DNA of 64,000 nucleotides from contig OZ024742.1 of the NCBI GenBank assembly GCA_964016885.1, positions 321,470,001-321,534,000 on the forward strand, read 5' to 3'. The stretch comes from Eledone cirrhosa. Taxonomy: Eukaryota. Numbering within the stretch: position 1 is the stretch's first letter; each line of letters opens with the position of its first letter. A program made the translations under genes and the position numbers. Below the pieces are notes generated by a model. The model saw nothing but the letters and a program-made list of their open reading frames with translations, had not been told where the DNA came from and ran no database searches. Positions 42,319 to 55,279 of this stretch are shown in pieces.

Positions 42319-45082
42319 GTCGTCATCATTAAAGGATATAAGCTCAATAACCACTACTGCTACTGCTAATACTGCTGCAGCTGTTATTGTACATGATACT
42401 ACTAGGCCTAGATACACTACTTCTGTCGCAGCTGCACTGTTAATAACGCCATGTGCACCGACCGGTTGCAGTGTTACTGCAACTGTTGGTGCAAATGTTG
42501 GTGTTGGCGGTGGTGATAGTGACGACGGTGGGCTGGATGAGGAGCGTAGTGTGGTAAATGGACGAAGGGGAGAGGGAAGAGGTGGAAGCAGTGCCGGAGG
42601 TGGGATCATTGGAGATGGTAGTAGTAGTAGTAATGGTAGTGGTAGTGGTAGTGGTAGTGGTGGTGGTAGTGGTGGTGGTGGTGTCGGTGACAATGGTGCT
42701 GCTTACGACAGCCGAGATGTTGAATGCTTCATTGATACGATTTCTGCATCGACACCACTTCCAACATCGTCGTCGTCATCATCATCATCACTATCATCAT
42801 CATCATCATTATCATTATCATCATCATCATCATCATCACCACCACCATCATCATCATCATCATTGTTATCATCGTCGTCGTCATCGTCATCATCATCATC
42901 AACGAGCAATGGAATTACCCCCATCGCTATAAGATGTCCAACCCCCATTCTCACTGGCATGCTACCACCACCACTATCATCATCATCATCATCATCATCA
43001 TCACCTCTACCACCACCACTCCTCCCCACAACCCCGACTCTACCGGTCGTGCCGTCGGCAATAATATCCCTAGCTGCACCACCAGTGTTACCCCAGAAAA
43101 CATTCAGACCATCACCACCATCACCATCACCACCACCATCATCGTCAACGCCACCAACACCACCCTCACAATCACAACAACCCCCACCACCACCACCTCC
43201 ACCACCACCACCACCACCAACTCCACCACCGCTGCTACTACAACCGAAGCACCGAGCCCACCAGCACCAGCGCCACCTCCACCATCACCATCACCACCGC
43301 TACCTTTATCACCACCACCCGCGCCGTCGTCACCAACATCCACAACAGAAAACACGACTTCGAAGACATGCTCTAGAACAAACCCAGTCACCGCCGCAAC
43401 AACAACAACAACCATCACCACCACATCAACAACAACTACCACAACAACAACAACTACAGTCACAACATCAACCCGCACCGGCGCATAATACGACTGGTGA
43501 AACGTCACCTCTGCTGCTTCGACCGCAACGTAGGTCACTGATTGTCCCAAGACGGCCATTTCATAGACTGACCATCACAGCTACCAGTGGCTCTCTAACG
43601 GACACCACTTCGGCTGGCTTGACCATAGCAAGCAACTCTTACCAGGATGTTAGCCACTACATCACAACCGACACGCTGACTTTGACAGCGGCGAGTGTTG
43701 GGGGAGCTGGAATCGACAGTGGCTATAGTATCGGTTGTGGTGGTGACGATGGTGGGGGTGATGGTGGTGGGGGCGATGATGGTGGTGGTGGTGGTCGCGG
43801 TATCGGATATAGTGGTGGTAGTGGTGGTGGTGGTGGTGGTGGTGGACGTCGTGGTATACGCGGTGGGGATGCTGGGGGTGTAGGTGGCCGTGGTGTTGGC
43901 TTAAATGCTGGCCAATCCAACCGTGACGAGAGCAATAGCAACAGCAACAACAACAACAGCAACAACCGCAGAAGTTACATCAACAATGATGATGATGATG
44001 AAGACGATGATGATGACGATGACGACGATGATGATGATGATGATGATGCTGATGATGATACAGATGATGATGATTACAACGACGGAAATGGCGATGGCGA
44101 TGATGATGGCGATAATGAGGATGACGTTGACGATGTAGACAGCTTCCTGGGCGACGACAACAACAACAACAACAGCAGTCGATACAATACCATCAACAAC
44201 AACCACCACCGTCGCCGCCACCAACACAACAACAACATCAATGCCTCCAACAGCATCGATATCTCTGGTAACGCCCCCGCCGGTGCCAACATACAACACT
44301 ACAACAACAACAACAGCAATAACAAACATAACAACAACAGCAAAACTAACAGCTGTTTGATGGCCAACTCTAGAATGTTCCAGTACCATTCGAGCGGTGG
44401 CGGGGGTGGTGGAGGTGGGGGTGGGATATTTGGGCTGGTTGCAGCAACTAGTGTGGCCGGATTAGGCGATGGTCATCTCCGGACCAGAGTTATACCCAGA
44501 CAACCACGAATTCTTCCACCACCGCCGCCGCCTCCGCCTCCACCACCACCACCCCCACCACCCCCTCCACCGCTTCTACCACAACAACAACAACAACCAC
44601 ACATACCCCTTCAGCAACCGCCTCCTCGACCGTCGTCGCCACAACTTCCACCACCTCCGCCGCCGCCACCACCGCCGCCGCCACCGCCACTCCATTCACC
44701 GTTGCGGCCGCCGTTGCTCCCGCCACCTCTCGCCGCCGCCGCCGCCGCCGCTACCACCGCCACCGCTGCCAATGCTGCCAACGCTGCCGCCGCGCCTTCC
44801 GCCACCTCCAACCCGCACCACCCAAACCACCACTACTACCACCACCACCATTTGCACCATCACCTGCATCAACCCACCGACTATGTCTTGAGCGAACCGA
44901 CGGCAGCGGCGGCGGCGGCGACGCTGTCATCGCATCACCATCATCACCACTACTATCACCACCACCATCTACTACAATCCACTGACTATGACCCGGCCAG
45001 GCTGGTCAGCTCTTCATCCACCAAATACTGCGGTGCAAGACCAAAAGGTTTCGCTCAGATCTCTGACACGCCGGGAATGCGG
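40730..45082 (+). CDS. First coding exon (1451 codons) of an unidentified host gene; intrinsically disordered with poly-S/N/G/P/D/H/Q/A tracts
   Basis: 4.35-kb stop-free GC-richer frame whose repeats are trinucleotide-based; in-frame TGA at 40691 upstream; gaaATGG context; acceptor at 40688; phase-0 donor CGG|gtaagt at 45082/45083. Confidence 0.85.
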
Positions 45083-45138
45083 GTAAGTATCTGCTTTTAT
45101 TTCCCTCTGCATCACATTTCATAAATAAATATATAGAG

Positions 45139-45173
<35 letters not shown>

Positions 45174-45177
<4 letters not shown>

Positions 45178-45274
45178 AACGAGTAGGACCCCGACGGCTG
45201 AGCTCAAGCCGTTTCGACGGCTAATTCTGGACTCTGCGTTATGGTCCACCTGGTTCCTTACCACATTTCCTTCG

Positions 45275-45278
<4 letters not shown>
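45174..45278. mobile_element. Family A rearranged copy (inverted 5' half joined to 3' end)
   Basis: ccccgacggctgagctcaagccgtttcgacggc followed by tgcgttatggtccacctggttccttaccac. Confidence 0.8.
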
Positions 45279-45323
<45 letters not shown>

Positions 45324-45527
45324 TGTGAGAAAAACCACAGACCCTCCATCTCAACTCACCTTTTGAAAAGCAGAAGAACTGCGAAACCGGTAAAGGAACC
45401 AAATAAATATATATATTTTTAAAAAAAATAAGACTCCAGTTGCATTTTCGATTTCATCTCTTTTTCTTTATACTTTCACTCGTGTAGGACACCTCGGTTA
45501 TTTTTCATTTTGTAAAAAAAACCTCAC

Positions 45528-45535
<8 letters not shown>
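45324..45535 (+). mobile_element. Family B full-length copy between (TA)n arrays
   Basis: Near-identical to the reverse complement of 1985-2195. Confidence 0.9.
45359..45396 (+). ncRNA. Minimal type I hammerhead motif, U3-A8 core variant
   Basis: CCTT-TTGAAAA-GCAG aagaa CTGC-GAAA-CCGG-TA|AAGG; palindromic ACCGGT stem III. Confidence 0.75.
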
Positions 45536-45580
<45 letters not shown>

Positions 45581-45770
45581 TAAAAGGAAAAGAAAATGCT
45601 GACAAATGTTTCCCGCTAAAAAATAGTTTAATTCGGAATAAGTATAAATTAGTAATAAGTATTGGTTAGTATTCAGTTTTAGTTTTAAGTTTTTACCGGT
45701 TGCGCATTTCTAATGCTTTTCAAAAATAATTTTGAGATAGAGCGCTCGTGATGTTTGCTCTAATCTGTAT

Positions 45771-45912
<142 letters not shown>

Positions 45913-46062
45913 ATGTATATATATATATACATGTATAGATATTTGTATGTATGTATGTAAAAGGTGTATATTTATATACACATTGTTGCAGTCTCGGTTA
46001 CCCAACCATTCTGGATGTATACAATTTTAATCTTATCGTACACTTCGGCTGTTAGTGCACTT

Positions 46063-46145
<83 letters not shown>

Positions 46146-47234
46146 ATGTACATATATATCTATGCATGTTTATAAATATGTAGATCAGGAGTTAGATACA
46201 TGACATATTTTTACCAAAACACTGCCACTGTACTCACTATATAACTACTATGTGTGCACTCTGTTAGACTATCATTCAGAAAACTACATGTAACGTAATG
46301 GAAGTTTCCTACATCTATGATGGTGTCGTGTAGTTTTATAAGTATGGTAACATCTCTTGTGAATTATATTTAGTTTCTGAACGATTATTGTTGCAACGAC
46401 AATAATATATAACTGTTATAGCAATCGTCGCCATCCATGTTTAACTAAATAAAAAACTTTGTCTCATGCCTACATGCAAACAAATTTAATCTCCAAGCCT
46501 TCAAGCATATCCCAGTACGAACAGACTTAGAACTGCAAACTGACTGAGTTACAACCTATAACGAACACAGGAAGCAATATACGGCTTCACAATTAAAATA
46601 AGATAGAGATATCAAATCTTACTAACAAGCCAAGTCCAGTGGTTTGCTCTCTCCTCAGGCAAAACATATATATACTTATGTGCACTATGAAACACGAGAT
46701 TTTTCTACAAAATAAATCGACCATCAAGCTAAAAATTATTTTAGTGATGCATTTTAACAAATTGTTATTTTGTGAATTTTGGCAATAATTTAAACACCAT
46801 GTCAAAAAAGTTGCCTCCCTGCAAGAAAAAAATTCAGTTAGGAATTAACACTCCATTGAGAGCGACACACATGGTCCATGTTAAACAGTAGGGGATGAAA
46901 TAGGGGAGAGACCAAATAGGGAATTCTCGACATCATCAGAGATGATGTAAGATATCATTAAATTACATCAACTTGGTATCTGAATGAGTATGTCAATGTG
47001 AAACTTTAAGTAACTGGATACGACCTCAGCTAAATAAACCTAATTATACTCTACGCTATATACTCAGCACCCATTTTTCTTATTGATTTACGACCGTTTC
47101 ATTAGACTTATATATATATATATAAGTCTAATGAAACGGTCGTAAATCAAGTTAAGTATTTCCGTAGAATCATTTAGTTTCTTGAAACCTTCGGTAATGA
47201 AATAGTTATATTGTGTTGTTTATTATGTAAATAA

Positions 47235-47398
<164 letters not shown>

Positions 47399-47423
47399 TA
47401 TATATATGTATATTATATATATG

Positions 47424-47478
<55 letters not shown>

Positions 47479-47484
47479 TACATG

Positions 47485-47553
<69 letters not shown>

Positions 47554-47579
47554 ATATATATATATATATATATGTATAC

Positions 47580-47639
<60 letters not shown>

Positions 47640-47662
47640 ACATATATATAGATATATATATG

Positions 47663-47703
<41 letters not shown>

Positions 47704-47726
47704 ACATATATATAGATATATATATG

Positions 47727-47794
<68 letters not shown>

Positions 47795-48053
47795 TATATA
47801 CACATACATATATATATATACATACACACGTGTGTGTGTTTATTGGAATTGCGTATTTCTAAAGAAATATGGTATATTTATAAATAAACATTTAGAAAAC
47901 CGTAGCTATGGAAAGACACCGGCAGCTATCGCCACCTGGCGGTGTCCAGCAGAAAGCTATACTCGACGTAAAATTCTAATTCTATTCTATTCTAAATTGA
48001 CACATATGTATACATATCTGTATACAGCTATGCTCGAAGCTAAGTTCTAATTC

Positions 48054-48095
<42 letters not shown>

Positions 48096-48129
48096 ATCGA
48101 CACCTATACATATATGTACACTTCTTATC

Positions 48130-48790
48130 ATTTATTTCACTAGCCATGTTTAGATTTAAAATATTAAAAATCGCATAAAAGAATAAAGTATGATACACTA
48201 TTTACAAGGAAGTCAATAAAAAGTTCTTAGGAATGAAATGAAGTGGTTCATTATTAAGAATGCGCTAATCAGGCTCTTGAAGCCATCGAGAAGGATTATG
48301 ATTAAAAAAATAAAAACTATCATTCTATTCATTACAGCTTGTAAAAGGAGCACTTTATGCAGTCATTTTTTTTTTTTATTTACAAATTTTGAAATATTTT
48401 TAATGTTACTAAAAATGGTGTTTTACCACAAACATGTTCGGTGAATAACCAACAGCATCTTTTTAATATATATTGTTTTTACAACTTTTGAGTCTGGAAG
48501 ATTTGCATATTTGCACACGAAATGATTCCAGACAACTGGTCCACGATAAGGATAGCTGAATTTATTGAATTTGGTTATGGCATAACTATTACATTTGAAT
48601 GTCGAATATTTGTTATTATTCTTTATAAATTTTTCTTGAATACATTTTGGTGTAGGGTTGTGATAAACTTTGAATATTAGTCTGAAGTGAGCAGCCAAAT
48701 TTATTTCATATATGTTTAGTATTTTATTATCAAGCATTATAGGCCGAGAGTGGGAGCCTTTGATATAATCGTGACTGCACGTTTTAGTGT
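48130..48790 (-). mobile_element. CR1/L2-group LINE 3' fragment
   Basis: KILNIYEIN..IFKVYHN..P..F..N.YST..FSYPYRGPVVWN resembles the C-terminus of CR1-group ORF2. Confidence 0.6.
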
Positions 48791-49031
48791 GTGTTTATAT
48801 ATATATATATATATATAAAAAGCTTGTATTCAGTTATATATATATATATATATACCTACCCCCCACTCTCCTGAGCGTGAATTTAATAAACATTTATTGT
48901 ACTGCCTCTCTGTTCTGTCCCTGTTCAAATTTTTCATTATATTTATATATATATATACATTTATACATTACTTATTATTCTTTTTTAAAATATTGCATTG
49001 TTGTCACTTTGTTTATGTGTAAATTAAACAG

Positions 49032-49078
49032 GATGGCTCTCCGCCCGTATATTTTTGTTTAATTTCCTCCAGGTAAGT
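49032..49078 (+). promoter_or_regulatory. Pyrimidine tract + CAG|GTAAGT: candidate recursive splice site or donor of a 41-nt exon (49032-49072)
   Basis: atttttgtttaatttcctccAG|GTAAGT on the sense strand, 4 kb downstream of the giant exon donor. Confidence 0.5.
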
Positions 49079-49544
49079 TACCATATACGGCTGAATAAAA
49101 CCAATGTATATTTTCTTTCAGTGTGTAAAACGCACATTTTTATCTGCCTCCTAGAAACCGAACAAAATATTAAATATTACTTTAGCTTTTATTTCACCCA
49201 AGATTTTACTTTAAAATATGGGTGCGTTGTAAATTCCTCTTTCATATCAGTTAGCTGATTTAAAAGAAACCAACAGCTGAATGCTTAAGTATTAGCGTGG
49301 GATTTGGAGGAAAATTCTCGGGTATTGTGACAGACGCAAGGGAATGCTTAAGTATCGAGGTAGCATTTTGAGTGAATGTTCGATTATCAGTGAGGATTCC
49401 AACGAATGCTCAATATCAGAATGTCATTCTGGAGAGATTTCGATTATCAGGGGAAATATAATTCCAGGGACACAGAACAGAGAGAGACAGAGGAAATGAG
49501 AGAGAGAGATTGAGAGGGAGGAGAGAGAGAGAGAGATTGAGAGG

Positions 49545-49588
<44 letters not shown>

Positions 49589-49622
49589 TGTCACGTACAA
49601 TTCTTGTTCATTTTGGATTATT

Positions 49623-50287
49623 AGGATTGGCAGTATCGGTAGAGAGTCGGACACCATGCTTTGAAGCATAGAGTTACGTCCCTTTATGATCTGAGTTCAA
49701 ATCCCGCCGAGGTTAACTTTGCCTTTCATCCTTACGGGGTCGATAAAATAAAGTACCAGTAATGTACTGGGTAATTGTTGGCCTTGTGCCTAAAATAGAA
49801 ACAATTATTATTATAGTTGGTGGATTGGCAGTATCGGTAGAGGGTCGGACGCCATGCTATGATGCATAGAGTTACGGCCCTTTCCAATCTGAGTTCAAAT
49901 CCCGCCGAGGTTAACTTTGCCTTTCATCCTTACGGGGTCGATAAAATAAAGTACCAGACCCGCACTGGGGTTGATTTAATCGACTTTCTCCTCCCCCAAA
50001 TTGCTGGCCTTGTGCCTATATAAGAAACCATTATTATAGTTGTCGTTATGATAGTGATGTTGAAGGTAATAATGGTTTCTTATATAGGCACAACGCCAGC
50101 AATTTTGGGGGAGGGAAAAGTCGATTAAATCGACCTCAGTGCGTGACTGGTACTTTATTTTATCGACCCCGTAAGGATGAAAGGCAAATTTAACCACGGC
50201 AGGATTTGAACTTAGATCATAAAGGGCCGTAACTCTATACTGCAAAGCATGGCGACTGACCGTCTACCGGTACTGCCAATCCACCGC
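49623..50287. mobile_element. Three adjacent SINEs: 49623-49814(+), 49817-50037(+), 50068-50287(-)
   Basis: Each has A/B boxes, core and ATT-rich tail. Confidence 0.92.
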
Positions 50288-50799
50288 TCTGATGTCGAAG
50301 GTAATAATAATTATTATTAATGCTATTTTGTTGTTGTTATTGTTATTGTTATTTGGACGTAGCAGGAAACAAAAAAAACTAAGTACATACATACAAACAT
50401 ATGCATACACAAACAATATTCCTGTACTTTTAACTAATGAGAATTGCCACAAAACAATACGAACTTCCCCTGGTGAAAAACAAACATAAATTGCCACTGT
50501 TTACGACACTCGCGTTTCTTGGCACAAAAGTACCACCAAATTCAGTGCCTAATGATGTGATAACCCTCAGCCGATCAAATTATACTTTAAAATTGAGCCA
50601 CTTTTCTGCATAAAAAGAACCATTCAACACTCCCAATTTTTATTACCAAAACATTCGATGACTAATCGTGTGATCTTCCTTAATTTATCAAATTGTACTT
50701 CAAACATATAGCAATCTGAGCCACTTGTTTTTTTGCATAAAATTGAAGGAAATTCCCAACATCTGTTAGATGCGAGTTACAAGACGGCATAGTTATACA

Positions 50800-50901
50800 T
50801 CTCTCCATCTCTCTTAACTTTTGAAAATCATGAATCTTGTGAAACCGGTGAAGTTATAGATAATCTTAAAGACTCCAATTGCATTATCAACTTCTTTTTC
50901 C

Positions 50902-50902
<1 letters not shown>
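50800..50902 (+). mobile_element. Diverged family B relative with hammerhead-like motif
   Basis: TAACTT-TTGAAAA-tcatgaatcttgt-GAAA-CCGG-TG-AAGTTA followed by aagactccaattgcatt as in family B. Confidence 0.65.
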
Positions 50903-50929
<27 letters not shown>

Positions 50930-50933
<4 letters not shown>

Positions 50934-52726
50934 TAAGAAAATTAACAAAGATATGACAAGGCAACGAACGGAAAGAAGGCTAAACGAAAAGCAATTTGTG
51001 TGTGTTGTATCAGATGAAAGAATGGTATTTAACTAATGTATTGGTACGCGATGGGGCCCACCCACAGCCCCGGCGGATAGAATGGGGAAGGCGTTTCCCC
51101 GGAGGACGGCAAGGGAGACGCGCTGGAAAAGCCACTCCAACTCGCGGGGCTCACACCTGCGGCTGGCCAGCTCAGCGCCTATGGTGGTGAGTAAGGAGGT
51201 AGCCCTGGGGCCGAGGACACCAGAAGTCTCCACTGCCAGGGGTACGACCGCAAACCTGTCAGAGAGCGACCGGTAGTTGAGGAGTTTGGCCCCCTCAGCC
51301 CAACGTGCAGCAGAACCTGGGTCAGTCGCAGACTGCACCAGGTTGCGGCTGCAGAAAGTATCGGTGCAGGTGGCATCCCAGACAAGGGGTTTGTCACCGC
51401 GGAACGGGAAGATAGTCATGCCATCTGGCCTTTTGCCGTCCCCTCGATCCAGCCCCACCGGCTCGAGCTGGGAAGGGAAGCCTGCAGAGTCCAAACCATG
51501 CTTAATGACCTCGTTGAGGGCAGCATGGCGTGGAATGCGGCCGGCACTGTGGCGACAGGAAAGCGGGTGGAAGCCGAAAGAGTCCACGGTGGAACCGCAG
51601 CGACATTGGTGTGGCTGGCAGATCCGGAGGCCGAGCCTCAGGGAAACGCCGATTCGCAGGCTATGGTTGTCTAGCTGCGTGCCAGTGGAGAAGGAGGGCA
51701 GGGCATGGAGCCAGGCACCACTGTGGGGTTTGGCGGCCGCACGAAAACAGGCAAAGTGGTGCTGGTCGAGCTGGCGCGTGAGCCTGTCTGAGGCCAGGCT
51801 GCACTGGATGGCATCCCAAGTGCCTTGGGGGGACTTGACGCCAACATGGGGAGAAGGAGGAGGGACGTCTACTGGGCTAAGTCCCAGCCGGTCCCACGTC
51901 TCACAGGCGGCCTCACGTTCTCTGAACACAGAGGGTTCTGTTGTGTTTTGAAGAACCCTGCTGACGAGGACGCGGCACGAGGTTACCGACGAAAGATACG
52001 CCGGCAAACCTAGTGAGATCGGGGACCGAAGGCTAAGGCCGCCATACCTGACCGGTAAAGTGGCCTGTTGCCACCCTATGTCGTCAAACTTGATGTTGCA
52101 TATCCCCTCGGCTGCTGCTCGGATACAAGTATCGAGGTCAGCGAGGAGAGATGTATGGGTGTAGCATGGAGTGCTGCGGAGTGTATAGAGGAGCTTCGGC
52201 ATGGCGAAGCAGTTCCTCAGCAGAAAGGGAGCTGGGTAGCCGTCAATCAAGCCCAGTCGGCTCGTGAGAGTCTGGAGCTGTTGAAGCCTGGACCTGATGG
52301 TGGAGCGGATGGCCGGCGGGTGGATCTGTGACCCGAGGATGAGGACATCCTCTTTGGGGGTCACCTGAACCTGGCGGAGAATGGACCGCACGTCCAAGAC
52401 GGAGGCTGCAAAGTTCACAGCATCGAGGCTGACGTTCACCACCTCCAACTTGGCCGAGTTGACCTGGAGGTCGATTCCCGCCAGGGCAGGAATCACCGAT
52501 TGAAGGTCTTAGCAGACCGTCCATACGGGCCCGCCCAACGTAGCATCATCCAGATACCAAACGTTGAGAGGGGCCGTGATACTCTGGGCGATGTGGTCAA
52601 TACCAAGGGCGAACAGGAGGGGTCCCAAAGGGTCGCCCTGTTGGACCCCAGTAGCCGAGGGTATGACCGTATCAGCAGCTAAGAGCATGCTCGGGGCTCC
52701 ATGTGACAGGTAGGCCAGCGGGTAGT
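50930..52726 (-). mobile_element. CRE-clade non-LTR retrotransposon (RT + zinc knuckle + restriction-like endonuclease), 5'-truncated
   Basis: GVQQGDPLGPLLF, WYLDD, CRC..H..SC..RH, RPDG, WDAT, E..K, AVETSG; single in-frame TAA at 52509-52511; 3' end runs into (TA)n. Confidence 0.92.
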
Positions 52727-53018
52727 GTGCGTATACAAATATGTGCAGAAATATTAATACCGACGTGCTTATATGTATATGTATGTATACAAATGTAAAA
52801 TATGTATATATACAAAAGCCATAAACAAAAAATAGATGCGTGTATTTACACACACAAGAGACATAAGTCTATGTATGTGTGTGTGCGTGCGTATACATAA
52901 TCATCATCATCATCACCGTTTAACGTCAAATGTATGGGTGTTTGTGTATTATATACATATAAATGTGCATATGAACATGAAAATATCTATATACATAAAC
53001 GCACTTATACACACACAT

Positions 53019-53248
<230 letters not shown>

Positions 53249-53719
53249 AACAACTTCTGTATATATAAAAAGAAAATTCTTCTTAACAACTAACAAACGA
53301 AAAATGTAAAGGAAAGAATGTGTTTCATCGGACATTTTTATTAGACGACATAGAAAAAGGGTGACAGATTGTGTATTTGTGTGGTTATAGAAAATTGACT
53401 GGAACAGACGACATCTCTGCTGCAAATGTCATACATACAAAATAATGTCGATTATTGTCGGGCTTTAACGAAATCACTTATTAAAAGAGCTACAAAAAAA
53501 AGAAAAAGAAAAAATATGATGAAAAAATGTAATAAATGAAATAAGTAATATTAATTCGTCTTTTTTTTAGTTTGATAATTGTTATAACTTTTTACTTTCT
53601 CCATCTCTCTCTCTCTCTCTCTCTCTCACTCTCTCTCTCTCTCTCTCTCTCATTCTGTATATATTTTTATTAGAATGCTGTTGAAGTGTGTATACATTTT
53701 TGGGAGGCATCCTGTATAT

Positions 53720-54010
53720 ATATGGTTAATGGTTAGGATATTTGGCTCATGATTGTAAGGTTATAAGTTCGATTCCCAACGGTACGTTGGGTGCTCGAGC
53801 TAGACACTTTATTTCACGTTTGTCCAGTTCACTCAGCTGGCAAAAATTATTTTTTCCCCATAATTCGAAGAGTCAGCCATACATATCCTGTGTCACGCTG
53901 AATCTGCTTGAGAACTCCATTAAGGATACGTGTGTCTGTGGAACTCCCGGCCACTTGCACGTAAATTCCTCGAGCAGGCTGGTCTGTTGATCGTATCAAC
54001 TGGAACACTC
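53720..54010 (+). mobile_element. tRNA-derived SINE, second family
   Basis: tggttaatggttagg (A box), aagttcgattccc (B box), 'ccagttcactcagctg'; tail similar to 21230-21320. Confidence 0.7.
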
Positions 54011-54106
54011 TTATAAATACACATATATATATATGTTTTTATATATACATATATATATACATGTGTGTGTATGTGTATATATATATATATATATACATGT
54101 GTGTGC

Positions 54107-54178
<72 letters not shown>

Positions 54179-54563
54179 CGACGGATGGATATGTATCTAC
54201 ATATCGAACAACATAAGTAAACGCATGATGTATGTGTGTGTGCAAATATATATATATATGAAGAGAGAGAGGGGGGAGAAAGAGAGAGAGATGAGGGATG
54301 TATGAATATATATATCGTTCCTATCTTTGCATTAATATAATTTCTGCCAATACACATTCTTGCCCTCACTTCACATACCCACATACCCCCACCTAACCTT
54401 TCTTTCATGGATGGCAGTCAATGAGGGGGGTGTAGAGGGTGTGGAGGATAGATGGTGTGGTGGCGGACAGAGAGAACAAGAACAAGTGAGATAGTGCAAA
54501 ATATGACCATCTAGAAATATCGTAGAAGAGGTAGAAATGGAGGTGATAGGAAAAGGTAGTGTC

Positions 54564-54627
<64 letters not shown>

Positions 54628-54791
54628 GGAGAGGGGAGGGGGGGGGGGGGCAGAAAGAAAGAATGATTGGCAGCTAGACAATCATCAATTGTGATACACA
54701 TAAAGAGAGGGTAGAAGAAGGTCACGGCAAGAGAGAGAGAGGAGCGAGATAGAAAGAGGGAGAGAAGCGAGATAGAGAGAGGGAGAGAAGG

Positions 54792-54834
<43 letters not shown>

Positions 54835-55279
54835 AGGACGGAAGGAAGAAAGGGAGAAAGAAAGAAAGAAGTTAAGCTGACAAGAAGAGAGCAGAAAGAG
54901 AGTGAGCGAGATATACAGACAGATTGATAGAAGGCGAGAAGAGAGCGAGAGGAAGTTAGACTGACTGAAAGAGGTGAGACAGTGAGAGAGGAGATTTAGA
55001 GACAGACTGACACAAAATGAAAGGGAGAGTAAGAAATTAATGATGTTAGTGTATTATTCATTGACAACCACCTCTACCACCTATCATAATCTCCCCATCC
55101 TCCCACCCTTACTCCCACCCTCACTACCAACAGCAGGCAGCCATATTCGTATATTCTGTTTTTTAGTTATTTTTTTTTATTGTTATTTACCTTTAATACC
55201 TTCCTTGAGGAAGGAATGTGGTAAAAAGTGTCCTTTTATTAGGAATCAGACTCGATTAAATGGGAATTACATTCTGAGA

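Noticed and set aside
40790-44891. Antisense and alternate-frame ORFs within the giant exon (poly-D, V, T, L, C, M)
   Set aside because: Expected shadows of triplet repeats; only the 40730 frame is continuous and bounded by splice sites.
45083-45124. Last 13 codons of the 1464-aa track ORF
   Set aside because: They follow a consensus donor (CGG|gtaagt) and are most likely intronic.
49278-49470. CRISPR array
   Set aside because: Eukaryotic context, repeats short and degenerate, no cas genes.
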